NCBI RefSeq assembly: GCF_022539665.2
Contig: NC_081332.1
Span: forward strand, 4,216,001 to 4,280,000
Source of the DNA: Daphnia carinata
Lineage: Eukaryota
Length of the DNA: 64,000 nt
Direction of reading: 5' to 3'
The notes under the pieces were generated by a model. That model had not been told where the DNA came from. It saw nothing but the letters and a program-made list of their open reading frames with translations, and did not search any database. The position numbers and the translations under genes are program-made. This document shows, piece by piece, positions 13,801-34,634 of the stretch. The number at the start of each line of letters is the position of its first letter. Position 1 is the stretch's first letter.

Positions 13801-14942
13801 TATGGGTGGGGCCAATCATTGTTCCATTAGCATCGACTTCCCGCTCCGAGTCCGGAATGCGCTCGCCGGGATGCTTGAGCAAATGCGAGAAGAAGACGGC
13901 CGGCAGTGCGAGCACCAACGACGCCAGCCAGATGACCGCGAGACAAACGATGACCAATTTGGACCTGGGGCCACTGACAAACGACTGGACGGGTCGTACA
14001 ATCGCCGTGTACCGATCGAAGCTGAGCGCCGTCAGCGTGAAAACGGAAACGCCTACTGACGTATCCTACACTCACGCATTCGAAAAAGAAAAATATGTCG
14101 TTAAAAAACAAACAAACAGACGCCACATACTTTGGAATTTATTGACTCCCTTCCAAGAACTCTGGATTTTCCATTTATCTTGAAAACAGTCCCAGAAATA
14201 AGAAAAAAAAAAAAAAAAAATTAAATAAACTGCGACTAAATCTTCCGTGTCGAACGCGGACTTCTAGGTCCCCGGGAAAAAGAAACAAACTATTTCTGAT
14301 TATGTACAGCCATGGGTTGGTATTATTTACGATGATGTTGTGCCTATATCCATCGTTGGAGACACACCAACACAGCAGCAATAACCACTGAAAAGACTTA
14401 GACTATAAAAGACTCTTAGTTATGAGTCGTTTTCATGGCTTTGTGTGTGCGATATGCAACAGCAACAAACCAGGTGGTACATAATCGTTTCTCTTTTTTT
14501 TTTTTTTGTGAGTGTCTCTGAACGACTGAACATCGGCATAACATTAACAAAGAAAAAGGTTGGCTCCTGCCTTGGGATTATATTTAGTTCTTACCTTGGC
14601 AAATTCAGAGGCTTTACAGACAAACTCGCCGTAGGGCCAAGAGTCGAGCGTGTAAATGGTGGAAGTGAAGGGGACGGTGCAGATGAGAATGAGGAGGTCG
14701 CCGACGGCCAAGTTAAAGATGAACGTGTTGGGCACGCTGCGCATCGATTTGTGGCGACACAGGACGTATATGAGGCTGCCATTGCCGATGACACCCACTA
14801 AGAAGATGATACCGAACACTACGGGCACGATGTACGTCTCGAGTCGTTCACTGTACGCCACATAACCATCGCTGAGTTCATCGTCTTCGTCCATCGCCGA
14901 CCAATGCGAATCGTTGGCGACATCGTCGGGCATCATTGACAT
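10886..14942 (-). CDS. Neuropeptide CCHamide receptor-like GPCR (bombesin/GRP receptor family)
   Basis: Exons 14942-14595, 14065-13650, 13575-13494, ~11643-11587 (acceptor less certain), 11398-10886. ERLETYIVPVVFGIIFLVGVIGNG, MRSVPNTFIFNLAVGDLL, SVGVSVFTLTALSFDRY, CYPFP, ARRKLAKMVL, NSCINPIALY..SFRKHFNRLLCCC. CCHa1-R versus CCHa2-R not resolved. Possible 5' UTR donor near 16655. Confidence 0.9.
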
Positions 14943-17900
14943 GGCGACCTTTTTATACACGAACTCTATGCTTTTCTGATTGCATTCACAATTTTTCGTG
15001 AAAAGTTTCAAATGTAAACGACGAGTGATGTCGGACAATATCTTGAATTAGTAAACCCCTTTTTTTTTATCCCGACGTATTGTTGATGCTAGTCGAATTC
15101 TGAAAGTTTTTACATGTTCTTTTTTTTTTTTTTAAATTGGAGTTGAAGGACGTGCTACGGCAACGGTATTGTATGCTTGTCCGTCACGTGCTGTTCACAA
15201 GCAATCTATTAACGAGACGACTGCCATCTCCGACATGAAGCTTTTTTTTTTTTGGCTGGCTTGACGGCCAAAGCAATCGGTATCCTATAATTTAGAAAAG
15301 AATATAAATACATTACATTAGACGAGAGAAAAGAAAAGACCTCGCTCGTAAAATAGATGCGATCGCGGTCGTAAATAAATAGAAAAAGAAAAACAGATAC
15401 GGTCGTCGTCATTTCTCTTTCTCCAATTTTCTTATTAATATACATTTTTTTTTTGGGTGGGGAGGGGATTTGAATATAGGATGAAATCAAAATGGCGTGC
15501 GATGTTGACTAATTTTTTTCTTCTTCTTTCACTCCGGGGGAGATAACCTTTAATTTGTCTTTCCAGTTCGTCGAATGCTATAGAAGATGGCTTCCAAAAT
15601 GATGTAAAAATTTTCACATCATTGACAAGGCAAAACTAATGGAAAATAACGGGGAATTGCCAATGACTCGTTTTGAAAAATGCAAAGCAGAACTATGAAA
15701 GAAAGGGGGGGGGGGATGATTTGAGTGCAAGCGCATATCTATTATTACGACCTGGATCGTTCACCACAGACGCGCACGTCACAAGCGAAGTTAAACTAAC
15801 GTCGGTTTCCCTTCCCTCCTGTTTATGTTTTCTGTATAATATCCGCGTTCTGAATCACTGATTTTCAATTTCAAATTCAGGGGGATATCCAACAACGAAC
15901 GACGTGTTTGTAAGGCAGACTGCCAATCATTTCAGGTCATTCATTAAATATGCGATTTTTCAATGCACGTTCCCCTCCAATCTTCCTGACCTGGTACGCA
16001 ATTACCCTTTGGTATTTTTACCCGCCATTAAATGGAATGGCACAATGCAAGATAAATGTCACGAAAAAAAGAAACATCAAAAGAGCTTTTTAATGTGGCC
16101 ATTACACTTGAATTGCTACCCCGGTGCGATTATTCTTCTGTTAAGCTGGATTAGCCAGGCAAAATCATGATTAGTGTGGAGGACGTCAACTTGGAAAGAA
16201 ATAAAGCTGTCAGTGCGTACTTTTAACTCGGCTAGGAGTCACCACACAACAAAGTGAATTTAAAACCCTGAAGCAAAATCATTTACAAAAAACCATTGTT
16301 AATTGTGCCTTTTATATTAAAAGCAACGTTGTTCTCTTCGCTATTAATCACGTCGGGGCGGTTTTGAAATTTCTAAGGCAATTTCCTTCCCGTTCGAAAA
16401 GAATAGAAACGATCAGACGAGGACGAATGGAAGCAAGACTGAACTTGGCTAGATAACAACCAACGATGAACAAAAATCAATTCATTTTCGCAATTTAATT
16501 CGACCACGTATCGGGTTATCCCCGTGAATCCCTCCCGACGTTAAAAAATTCCTGTTCTTACAGACCCTATATTTCACTTTGTGCGACATAAATCGCAACG
16601 CCGACGACAAGGACAAATAACAGCAATTAAAAATAGAAAGGAATGACAAAAAGACTTACCAATGAAAAAAGGAAGATCCTCCGGCAGCTGACGGATGCTC
16701 TCGGCCCCCGTCTACTAAACGTCCAATTTCCAGCAACAGTCGTTTGTAACAAACGAAAGAAAAAAACAAAAATGTTTGACCGGCTCCCGTGACGACAATC
16801 TAATAAATAGACGATGCGAAGAGAGAAGATGGAGAAAGAACTCAGAAAACAAAGGACTAAATTGGCTGTCTAGTGTTCCAAAAAAAAAAAAAAAAAAAAA
16901 AACTGACCGTGGAAGATGTAGCCCAAGAGACTATGGCTGCACATCCATTGGATACGAAAGACGGCCAGACACTGAATGCTGTGGGAATCGGCGTCGTGTT
17001 TGTTCGGCGTCTCTCTTTCCAACATCGGACAGTCTCACTCCGGCATGTCTAGTGGAATCTAGCGGCTGCGTCTGCGTCATCTAATCCTGCAGTGGCTGTG
17101 CGTGCACTAGACTTCCAACACGTAATTGACATTAAAGACGCTACTGGTTCGTTTATTCCTCGCATTTACCATCAGTCAAGTTGAAGCCGCGCGGTTATCC
17201 GCATTCTTTTCGTTCTTAACGATCTTTCGAATAAATTCTCCAACCCGCATACCTGAAAATTCATAACAAAAATCAATCATTGAAATTGATAACGGCAGTT
17301 GAACGTCGCAAAATACCCTGATCATCCTTTATAACCTTTCCATATAAGGATCCGGTCGGTAGTTGATGCAGATGGGGAATGAATAACATCGATGACAAAT
17401 CTGGAATTCCAAAGGCTGGAGTCACGTGATTTCACATCAATCGCCTTTTCAACAGTTCCAATCCGAAGGGGGACGACCTGGACAGAAAAACCAACATGTA
17501 GTTAAGTTATGTACATATTTAAAATAAATAAATAAATAAATAAAAATTGGACAGTTGTATCTCTTTCCAAGTGAGAAAAAAAAGAGGAACTAACCCATAC
17601 AAACAAGACATACGGTGGAGCAGACGCACAGTACATATCTCAACTCTATGGCACACACGCAACTTGATTGCGCGTTGCTGGATACATTACGGATGCGTCG
17701 CACATGTTGGCCGTGTCGTTTTTCTTTTTTTGGCTGAAGGGCGAAACGAAGGGAAGTGTATGCGTAAAGACTAAACACACCAACCCGAACACCCAGCGCA
17801 ACTATAGATCCTGTCCGTCCGTGACACTTTTGTTTGCTTAGGTGACAACCCAGCGCTCTTTTTTTTTCATTTATCGCTACAAAATAGTACGACTTGTGTA

Positions 17901-20900
17901 TTACATAAAAATATTTAGATCTATGCCGGACGTCAGCTGAGTTATAATTTATTGAATAGTCGGCAATCGAGTGGGACGAAACAGATGCCGATCGGTATCA
18001 TCTGAAATAGTCTATTAAAGAGAAACAGAGTCAGTTTTGAAAAGGTGTCTCTCTGCGGCTTCGTCTGGAATGAGACGGCCGAAATTTTATCCCTTAGTGA
18101 AAGAGAAGACGCTGTCGAGATAAGACAGGACAACCTTCACGATACGATGTTCGTAACTGCTGAATACGCGCGAGATGGGAGGAGATAAGGTGGGATTTAT
18201 TCAACAATGTCTTTAAGCGGACAGAGTGAAGTGGCTTACGAATTATTTGTATAATGCAGGGTACAAAAGGCAAATGGGGGAACATCGGTAGAGGTAATGT
18301 CAATCTTGCTCAGCAGATTTCACAATTAGACTACAGTCAATAAGACAAATATCACGAGATAAAAATCAAACCAATGAAATGTTACCAATAAAAAATATAT
18401 GGTGCGTGTCGCTTGTCACGGAAGAGAGGCACTTAGATATAGTCACGAAACAAAGGCATGGCCCACTATTGCAACATAAAAAAAGTTTTGGAAAATGCCA
18501 AGGATCATTTACTTTAAATCTTATCAGTTGAATTTAGAAAATGCCCTTCATACAGAGCCGAGCATTGTTTTTTGAAACTGCATTTGCACAAAACCTTGGG
18601 AGCGCGTGGAGCCTGTATCCGAGTGATAGAAATGAGTTTGACTGATTTGTATGCAGATGAGGCTGTTCATGCGTCACAAAGTCCCATTTGGTCTAAAACC
18701 TCGTACTAATCCCGCCGTACAATTCTAGTCTTTCAACTTCTTGATTGGTAGGATCCCCTCCCGAGGAGGGACTTTATGCCCGTCTTTGGCATTACAGAAA
18801 CAAAAGATGGACTCTTGGTTATACGAAATGCTGCGAAAACATCTGCACGTGCTCAAACAATGACCGTCATCCTCAGCAAACTCGGCGGTTAATTCCAAAT
18901 CGGTCAAGGCAGACATTGCGCTATGTGTGTAAAGACAAATTAATATCGGTCAGTGGCCACACACTACGCGTCCAATTTCTTTTGCGATTAATAACGGTTA
19001 TGTCTAAAACAATTCGCGAGGCCCTCTCCCTCGATTAAGATTTTTGCTTACCGGACCGCCAATATTAGTATGCCCGTCAATGACTATCTCTGCCTGCCGA
19101 TGACGTATTTAATCGCAGAACGAAACGTCCATTGTCTAATTTTGACAGCCAAACAAGGAAAAACGTATTGCCTCGGTGGCATTACAACGCACTACTGTCA
19201 AATTTCTGACATGAGTTATTTTGCTGACACAAGACTTTGAGGAAAATTTGAAATTCAAACTGAATTTTGGACTACAGGGAAAATGGTGTTAAAGCAAATA
19301 AGGCAGGAGTTCCCGATCGTTCTTAACTTAACGAGCACTTCAAACAAAAAAAAAACATCCTGGACTGATGATTGGCAACTGATTAAAGTCCGAGTGCACG
19401 GCGCCATTTTTTTCCAACGAGAAACAACTCCGTGTTTTGATTTGCATTAAACGACTTCGACATTCGATCAACCTATTGCATTTTTTTTACTGCTTTTAAA
19501 CTGTTTGGAGGTCGCCACCAGACGTCCATAAAAACTGCGTCAACTCCGTACCATAAAATCCATCGCTCCAACTTTCTGTTTTTTTTAACAATGAGCAACA
19601 TCTTGTATGTATGTAAACGACGTCGCTCTTAGATATGCAGATATTGACTATACTGTACGGTTGTAATAACACAGTCTATGTTTGCGTACGGCCTATTTCG
19701 TGCAGCTGGGTTTCTAAGGTCGTAAATTGTATCACTGAGAGAACATGACCGGCATATTCAAGACGTTGACGAAGAGTGCGGATTACTAGTACCACGTGAT
19801 CCGATGACTCACGGTAATCCACGGCCATATCTTTGCGCACTTGGGCATAAGACTTGGCTTCGCCTCAATAGATTCTTTCATGTTCTTACTGGATTACGAG
19901 TGGCGGAATAGATTAGATGGCATAACCTCCCCCTACATGTAGAGTTCATTAAGCGACATGAAAACTAAAATCACAATAGATTAATGTAATTGCCTCTACG
20001 GATTTCGTCTCGCATAATGACAATCGAATGAGCTCTGACAAATTTAGGTGCCGCAAAAAAAGGGGAGAGAAATCAGTAGATAAAGAACGAAAATCGTTGT
20101 AACCTTCGCGATCAGACTTTGGACTTCTTGTTATTGTGAAATACGTTTACTCATCAGCGTCACTAGTTGTTTCGAAATCTCTAGTTTACGGTATACCGAT
20201 CGACTAAGCTGATTGACTTTTGAACAGAGTCAAGGTGTGTTAGCAAACAACTTAAACATTACCACATCTCCCGGATAGGCAATTTTGTACTTAAATAAAA
20301 AACTGACGTCAATGCTAATAATATTAGTCAAAAGCGGTTTGATAGATGAAAACTTAATCAAAATGATGAAGATTTAAAAAAATTGATCTTTAAACAATGA
20401 GAAACAATTTCTATACGAAATCCTGTCAATGCTTTACGCGCTGCGTCGAGTAAGGAATGCCACTTGAATCGATTACGACATCGGCCCGAAAAGCCACCGT
20501 CATTTTTGAGATAAAGAAATGAAAAAAAAATAAAAAAAATTTTAAAAATGCAGTGTTTAAAGCAAATATGACAATGCGGCGTCAGAAGGGGAAAAATAAT
20601 GAAACTTTTGCCACGCTCGTTCGCTAGGCACGGCAGACGTTATCCAGTTATCTATGTTTGAACGTTAAAAATAGTGGCATGAGAAGCTCACCAGATTTTA
20701 CGTATCAGATGTATGATGCTAATGTTACGATATATTGACATTCAAGGATTCTTATTGGATGCAAGTTGTAATTTTTTTAGAGGGTTTTTGTATTCCCCAA
20801 ACCCGGTTTGCAATAAGAGGAAAAGCGCTTTATAAACATCGTTTTGAAGGTGACGCATAAAAATCAGGACTATGTTAAAATGGTAACCATTTAGCGATCA

Positions 20901-21589
20901 TTTACTGTTTTCCTGCCATGATCCACGATGTAATGGCCACATGTAATTTTTTACGGAAGTTAATATTCGAGGAAACAATCAAATTTAAGGAATGATAGTA
21001 ATTCAACTAAAACGCATCACTCGGCAACAGCCTCGATTTTTTCTGGACTTTGTTATAAAAATATCAAGATCGACGCGCGCGCTTCTTCAGAAATCATTAG
21101 ATTGATTTAATGGGTAATCGAACGCTAGAAAAGCCGTTGCGGTTACAGCATTCAGTGTCACAGCTGCTCAGCTAGCTGTCACACTATCAGTAAATAGAAT
21201 TGGATTGCACAAGCAAAGGAGGCTGGAAATTTCAAGTAGAAAACAAGTAAATGAAAACCCATTGATAAAAACGTAGAATGCGAGATTTACGCAAAGCGTA
21301 CACATTGCAATGTACGGAGTTTTTACAATTCAAAATTTTGAATAATCACACCTTTCAACTGATTGAAAATAACAATCTTCAAAGAATTAGCGGACATCCG
21401 ATGTTACGGCGTAACTTTGCAGCACATAAAAACAACTAATTTTTGGGGTCGGGCTTGTCATTTGCCTATATTCTTGTTCAAAAAATGAAAATCTAGCACA
21501 AGTTTGTCGCAGTACAAAATGAAGGGAGAACAATAAGCTGTTTTATCAGGCTTTAGCCGATGCCAATGTGAAGTAGGGCAGGGTTGAAC

Positions 21590-21737
21590 TGATAAGAATA
21601 CAAAAGTATATGGTATAAAAAGGTCATTTTGTCTAAACGAATGCGCTATTCGAAGCTTGTTGGTGAGTATCTGACGTGGTCTACCTACTCTAGCAGTCTT
21701 TTTACTGTAAAATTCATTTTGATTAACTGACTTTAAG
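21590..21737 (+). promoter_or_regulatory. Core promoter and 5' UTR intron of mucin-stalk gene 1
   Basis: TGATAAG (GATA site) at 21590-21596, TATAAAAA at 21614-21621, intron GTGAGT..TTTAAG 21663-21737, then GCCATGG at the start codon. Confidence 0.6.
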
Positions 21738-21748
21738 TTACTTGTGCC

Positions 21749-22894
21749 ATGGGTTTCGTCAGTTGGTTAAAAGGTCTCGAATTATGGGCTAAGATTCTTT
21801 TGGGCGTGTTCACCGTTGGTGTTGTCGTTACGGTCATCACAGTACCAATTGTTGTGACGGCGAATAATAACACAACTACAGCGTCACCCACGACAACTAC
21901 ACCGTCACCCACGACAACTAAACCAATTACCACGACAACTACACCAACTACCACGACAACTACACCAACTACCACGACAACTACACCAACTACCACGACA
22001 ACTACACCGACTACCACGACAACTACGCCGACTACCACGACAACTACGCCGACTACAACAACCCCTTCTTCAGGTTCAACGGATTTAACGTCAACGGCAG
22101 CGCCGCCAACGGAATCAACAGCAGCGCCGCCAACGGAATCAACGGCAGCGCCGCCAACGGAATCAACGGCGGCACCGCCAACCGAGTCAACGGCAGCGCC
22201 GCCAACAGAATCAACGGCAGCACCGCCAACGGAATCAACGGCGGCACCGCCAACCGAGTCAACGGCGGCACCGCCAACCGAGTCAACGGCAGCACCGCCA
22301 ACGGAGTCAACGGCAGCGCCGCCAACCGAGTCAACGGCAGCACCACCAACCGAGTCCACGGCAGCACCGCCAACGGAGTCAACGGCGGCACCGCCAACGG
22401 AATCAACGGCGGCACCGCCAACCGAGTCAACGGCAGCACCGCCAACCGAGTCAACGGCAGCACCGCCAACCGAGTCAACGGCAGCACCGCCAACCGAGTC
22501 AACGGCGGCACCGCCAACGGAATCAACGGCGGCACCGCCAACCGAGTCAACGGCAGCACCGCCAACCGAGTCAACGGCAGCACCGCCAACGGAATCAACG
22601 GCAGCACCGCCAACGGAATCAACGGCGGCACCGCCAACCGAGTCAACGGCAGCACCGCCAACCGAGTCAACGGCGGCACCGCCAACGGAATCAACGGCAG
22701 CACCGCCAACGGAATCAACGGCGGCACCGCCAACCGAGTCAACGGCGGCACCGCCAACCGAGTCAACGGCGGCACAACCAACGGAATCAACGGCTGCAAC
22801 AACACAGCTTCTACAATTCAAACTGCTAGACGAAGGATCGTTGTCGAATGAAATTATATGGAAAGCCCTCAAAACTGCCAAACAAAGAGATTAA
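21749..22894 (+). CDS. Type II membrane mucin-like protein (signal-anchor plus Thr/Ser/Pro tandem-repeat stalk), 381 aa
   Basis: Single coding exon. N-terminal signal-anchor WAKILLGVFTVGVVVTVITVPIVV, N-glycosylation sequon NNT, PTTTTTT repeats, 29 STAAPPTE-type units, short C-terminal tail. Confidence 0.88.
   Translation: MGFVSWLKGLELWAKILLGVFTVGVVVTVITVPIVVTANNNTTTASPTTTTPSPTTTKPITTTTTPTTTTTTPTTTTTTPTTTTTTPTTTTTTPTTTTTTPTTTTPSSGSTDLTSTAAPPTESTAAPPTESTAAPPTESTAAPPTESTAAPPTESTAAPPTESTAAPPTESTAAPPTESTAAPPTESTAAPPTESTAAPPTESTAAPPTESTAAPPTESTAAPPTESTAAPPTESTAAPPTESTAAPPTESTAAPPTESTAAPPTESTAAPPTESTAAPPTESTAAPPTESTAAPPTESTAAPPTESTAAPPTESTAAPPTESTAAPPTESTAAPPTESTAAQPTESTAATTQLLQFKLLDEGSLSNEIIWKALKTAKQRD
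21870..22062 (+). repeat. 21-bp coding tandem repeat (acaccaactaccacgacaact = TPTTTTT)
   Basis: Directly visible tandem units, degenerate at the 5' end. Confidence 0.9.
22091..22798 (+). repeat. 24-bp coding minisatellite, 29 full units plus a partial (STAAPPTE)
   Basis: Unit tcaacggc(a/g)gc(a/g)ccgccaac(g/c)ga(a/g). Unit starts run from 22091 to 22787, i.e. 696 bp = 29 x 24. Confidence 0.97.
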
Positions 22895-23896
22895 ACTAGA
22901 ATAAAAAAAGCGATGCGTTTTTGTTTGTTTTCTTTCAAAATGCTTGATCACTGAATGGAATTCCGGGGACAGTGCTGCAGTTTTATAGAATATGTGAAGC
23001 TTCCAATTGTTATTAATTTCCTAAATCAACATTCGTTATGTTTTAATGCTCTACAAACGCAACAAAAAATAAATAAATTTGGTGATGCATAAAACCGTGA
23101 ATCATTTTTTATTACCGCCAATATAAAAAATATTTCAGACCAATCTGACGACGTGAAACTCGAAAAGTTTAGTAGGCCCATCAACGTATCTTTACCCGAT
23201 ATTAACCACTTAGTGCAAGATAAAAAAAAAAAAAAAGTGAAAAGAAAAACCAACAAAAAAGAAACTTCAAATAATAATGTCCTCGATCCCAATAGATTAA
23301 GGCATTCGCGCTAAACAAAGAAGACGGCTAACTAAGGTTATGCCACTTAGAACGGTTATCAGTTTTTCATCAGCATTTTGCTCTGCCTTTCAAGAACGGG
23401 TAAAACATACCTGTTAAACTGTTCTAAATGCCCGCCAAACGAAACACCTCGGGAAAAAACGGGGCGTGGTTTGTCCTTCACTTAAAGCAAAAAAAAATTT
23501 TTAAGGAAAAGATGAAATAATCCCCGGGCCCCCAAAACTGATTTTGGAGTTTTAAATGGCGTGAGGCTATGCAATAGCTTTATTTGTTTTGTGAATCATC
23601 CGACAAATGCCCAAAAGCTCGAAAACGATACGACTCGTTCACGCAACAAATAACATTGGCCCATCTGGTGAAAATGCCAAAATAATGCCATACGGATAAA
23701 ACGTCAATCACCAGAAGGTGACTAAAACAGTCCGCAGATAAAAATGGCATAAAAGAAGTCATTAGCCTAAAGAGGTGCATCATTTCAAAATCTATTTTCC
23801 GTTGGGTTAGGTGAGTCTCAATCTCTTGTAAAAACGAATCTGGATAAGCTTTCACCCAAAATAACCAAACGTTTTGCATCGACTTTCAGTTCAACC

Positions 23897-24379
23897 ATGG
23901 GTTTCGTCAAATGGCTCAAGGACCTCGAATTGTGGGCAAAGATACTACTGGGCTTGCTGGTAGTTGGCGTCGTCGTTACTGTCATCACCGTCCCAATCGT
24001 CGTGACTAATAACAACAAAGATTCGTCTAATAACACGGAACCCGTTATTACCACGACGATCGAACCGCTAACTGATTCTACCACCGTAACCGATTTAATG
24101 TCATCGACGGATTCTACAACAGATAGCGCGACATCAACTGATCTCACAACAGATCCGGCGTCATCTACAACGGATTCTTCAACAGAATCATCGAGCACGT
24201 CCCTCTCTACTACAGATGATACAACGGTCTCTGTTATGACAACAGAAGATACGTCAACTACATCGGAAACGAACGGCGAAACGCTAGAGAAGCTCTTCAG
24301 AATTGCTAATAAATTCAACAGGAAGGGAATGGAGATGCCATCAGATTACCAGGAGAAGCAATTAATTCGTCCCGGATAA
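23897..24379 (+). CDS. Type II membrane mucin-like protein paralog (signal-anchor plus S/T/D-rich stalk), 160 aa
   Basis: N-terminus MGFVKWLKDLELWAKILLGLLVVGVVVTVITVPIVVT is near-identical to that of 21749-22894. Non-repetitive S/T stalk. Matching 5' UTR intron 23811-23889 (GTGAGT..TTCAG) and ACCATGG start context. Confidence 0.85.
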   Translation: MGFVKWLKDLELWAKILLGLLVVGVVVTVITVPIVVTNNNKDSSNNTEPVITTTIEPLTDSTTVTDLMSSTDSTTDSATSTDLTTDPASSTTDSSTESSSTSLSTTDDTTVSVMTTEDTSTTSETNGETLEKLFRIANKFNRKGMEMPSDYQEKQLIRPG

Positions 24380-25687
24380 TTCCATTGCCTAATCTGTGTT
24401 TTTAAAATTCGATTCGATTAATAGAACGTAAGTTTTCAGGTTCAAATAAAATGGAATTGGATGTCGCAATGTCATCTACATTTCGTACGTCACGTCAACA
24501 ATAAAGTGTCTTTTGGGGAATGTTATCATTTAATAGTTCAATTCAAGTAGATGGGAGTGTGCAGTAGGCTTCGATTGCCTCGTGAATTGTTGCATAGAAA
24601 TTTATTTTGATCAAGGGGCGCAATTAGGAGCTATTGCTTTGATTAAGGGTATTACGGATGCTAACACTGCCATTTGCAAAATCAAAGTTTAATTCACGTT
24701 CTCCGCAGAACATCTTACAAGGCCCATCTAACAGCGATGGATGTCGGGGCAAGGCCTTTCACGAATCTCTATTCAAGTGAAATGCAACAGGCAGCAGTCA
24801 CGCATAATCAAATCAAAATATAAAAAAGTCAGATTTTTTTCAAACACAAGTAAAACGGGAAAGTTCCAAGTGGAAATGAGCTTTCCATACGCAACAATGG
24901 TTTAATCGTTTTAAAATCACACTGGATCTAATTTTTCGTGGCAGGCGACGAAGTGGCCATATGCCACCAAAACCAAACGACACGCACGTTTTTCTTCCCC
25001 TGCCTAACCGAGAATGACTAATGATAATATACCTGATTACCAATAGGAAAGGTTCCTATTGCTCAACAAAATGAATGGAGTATTACACATGGCAAAGGGC
25101 GACGAAAAAGAATGACGTACCAATAGATTATTTCTTTAAAATCAACAAGGCAAGATAAAAAAAGCAAGTTGCTATTAGATTGTCCTCGCAATCAACCTGG
25201 TTTGATAGTTATCTCAAAGCCCTGACTCATCGATCCGCCCTTAAGCTTCTGAACAGTCCCTGAGATTCAAACAGCATCACACAGTTCGTTAAGCAGTTGG
25301 ACATCATTAATAAAAAACAACAACATACTCTAAGCTTAATGTCTAAAAAATTTTATCGTTCCATACAGTCACAAACGGCTTTGACCACTGTCAATCAAAC
25401 CGAGTGCCATATTTGCTTTGAACGAGATAAAACAACTGTCACTTGCTTTCAAACAAAACACAATTTTTTTATCTTTAGGATAGCAAGCTGGCCCCAATGG
25501 AATATGTTCAATATCGAACTCAATTGCCTGTCAAAAGTAAAAGAAAACAAGCACCAGTGTCGAACAGCAGCTTGGTGTCGGCTGTATCGAATTTTGACAC
25601 ACTAAAAACAGTGTCCAGTTTTATTCAATTAAAGTATTTTTGTTTTGTTTTGTTCTCCGAGAAACATAAGAAAAGGATACAGAAGCA

Positions 25688-29885
<4,198 letters not shown>

Positions 29886-30509
29886 GTGATCTCGCCAACT
29901 GTTTGCTGTTGCAAAACCAATAAGCACGACATTCACGATTATTTGGTTGTTACATTAAAAAAAATGAACGAAATATTCGGTCTTATTGTTTAAAAACTCT
30001 GTTAAGAATTTACGGGCATAAACAACAGCCTTTATTCATGGATCTTTAATTCAAGGCAAGTGAAGGAAGCTTGTTTCCAAAGCAATAACAATAATCATCA
30101 AATTCGGGACTGTGACGAATGGTTTTTATCTTTAAAGATCAACAGCGATGCAACTAGTAAATAACGTGTCACAAATAACGGACGCTTAAGCACGTCATTC
30201 AGATTGAACATCGTCCAATATGTCTCAAAATGCCGATCTGTTTGAAATTAACTGTCAAAAATAGAAGCCACGAAAACGTTGAATTTCGTATGAAGTTTAC
30301 AGTTCCCCAATAAGTGACGTAACGAAGATGTCCAAAAGAACGTCACGTGTCGTTTATCTGGTCCATATCTTTCTATTATTATTTACTGTAGCGAGATCAC
30401 GATCTAGTGTGATTTCAAGATAAGCGATTCTCAATGCGTCCCTTTGCTAAGACGTGCACGATTGACAATCCATTAACAGTTGCACGTCGAGGCACACAAA
30501 TCCCCTGTA

Positions 30510-34634
<4,125 letters not shown>

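Noticed and set aside
22091..22798. CRISPR-like regular array
   Set aside because: Contiguous units with no unique spacers, in frame within a eukaryotic ORF, and no cas genes.
21733..22881. 382-aa and 250-aa antisense ORFs (AAVDSVGG and LTRLAVPP repeats)
   Set aside because: Shadows of the stop-free 24-bp repeat. The plus frame has a promoter, start context, a paralog and synonymous-only variation.
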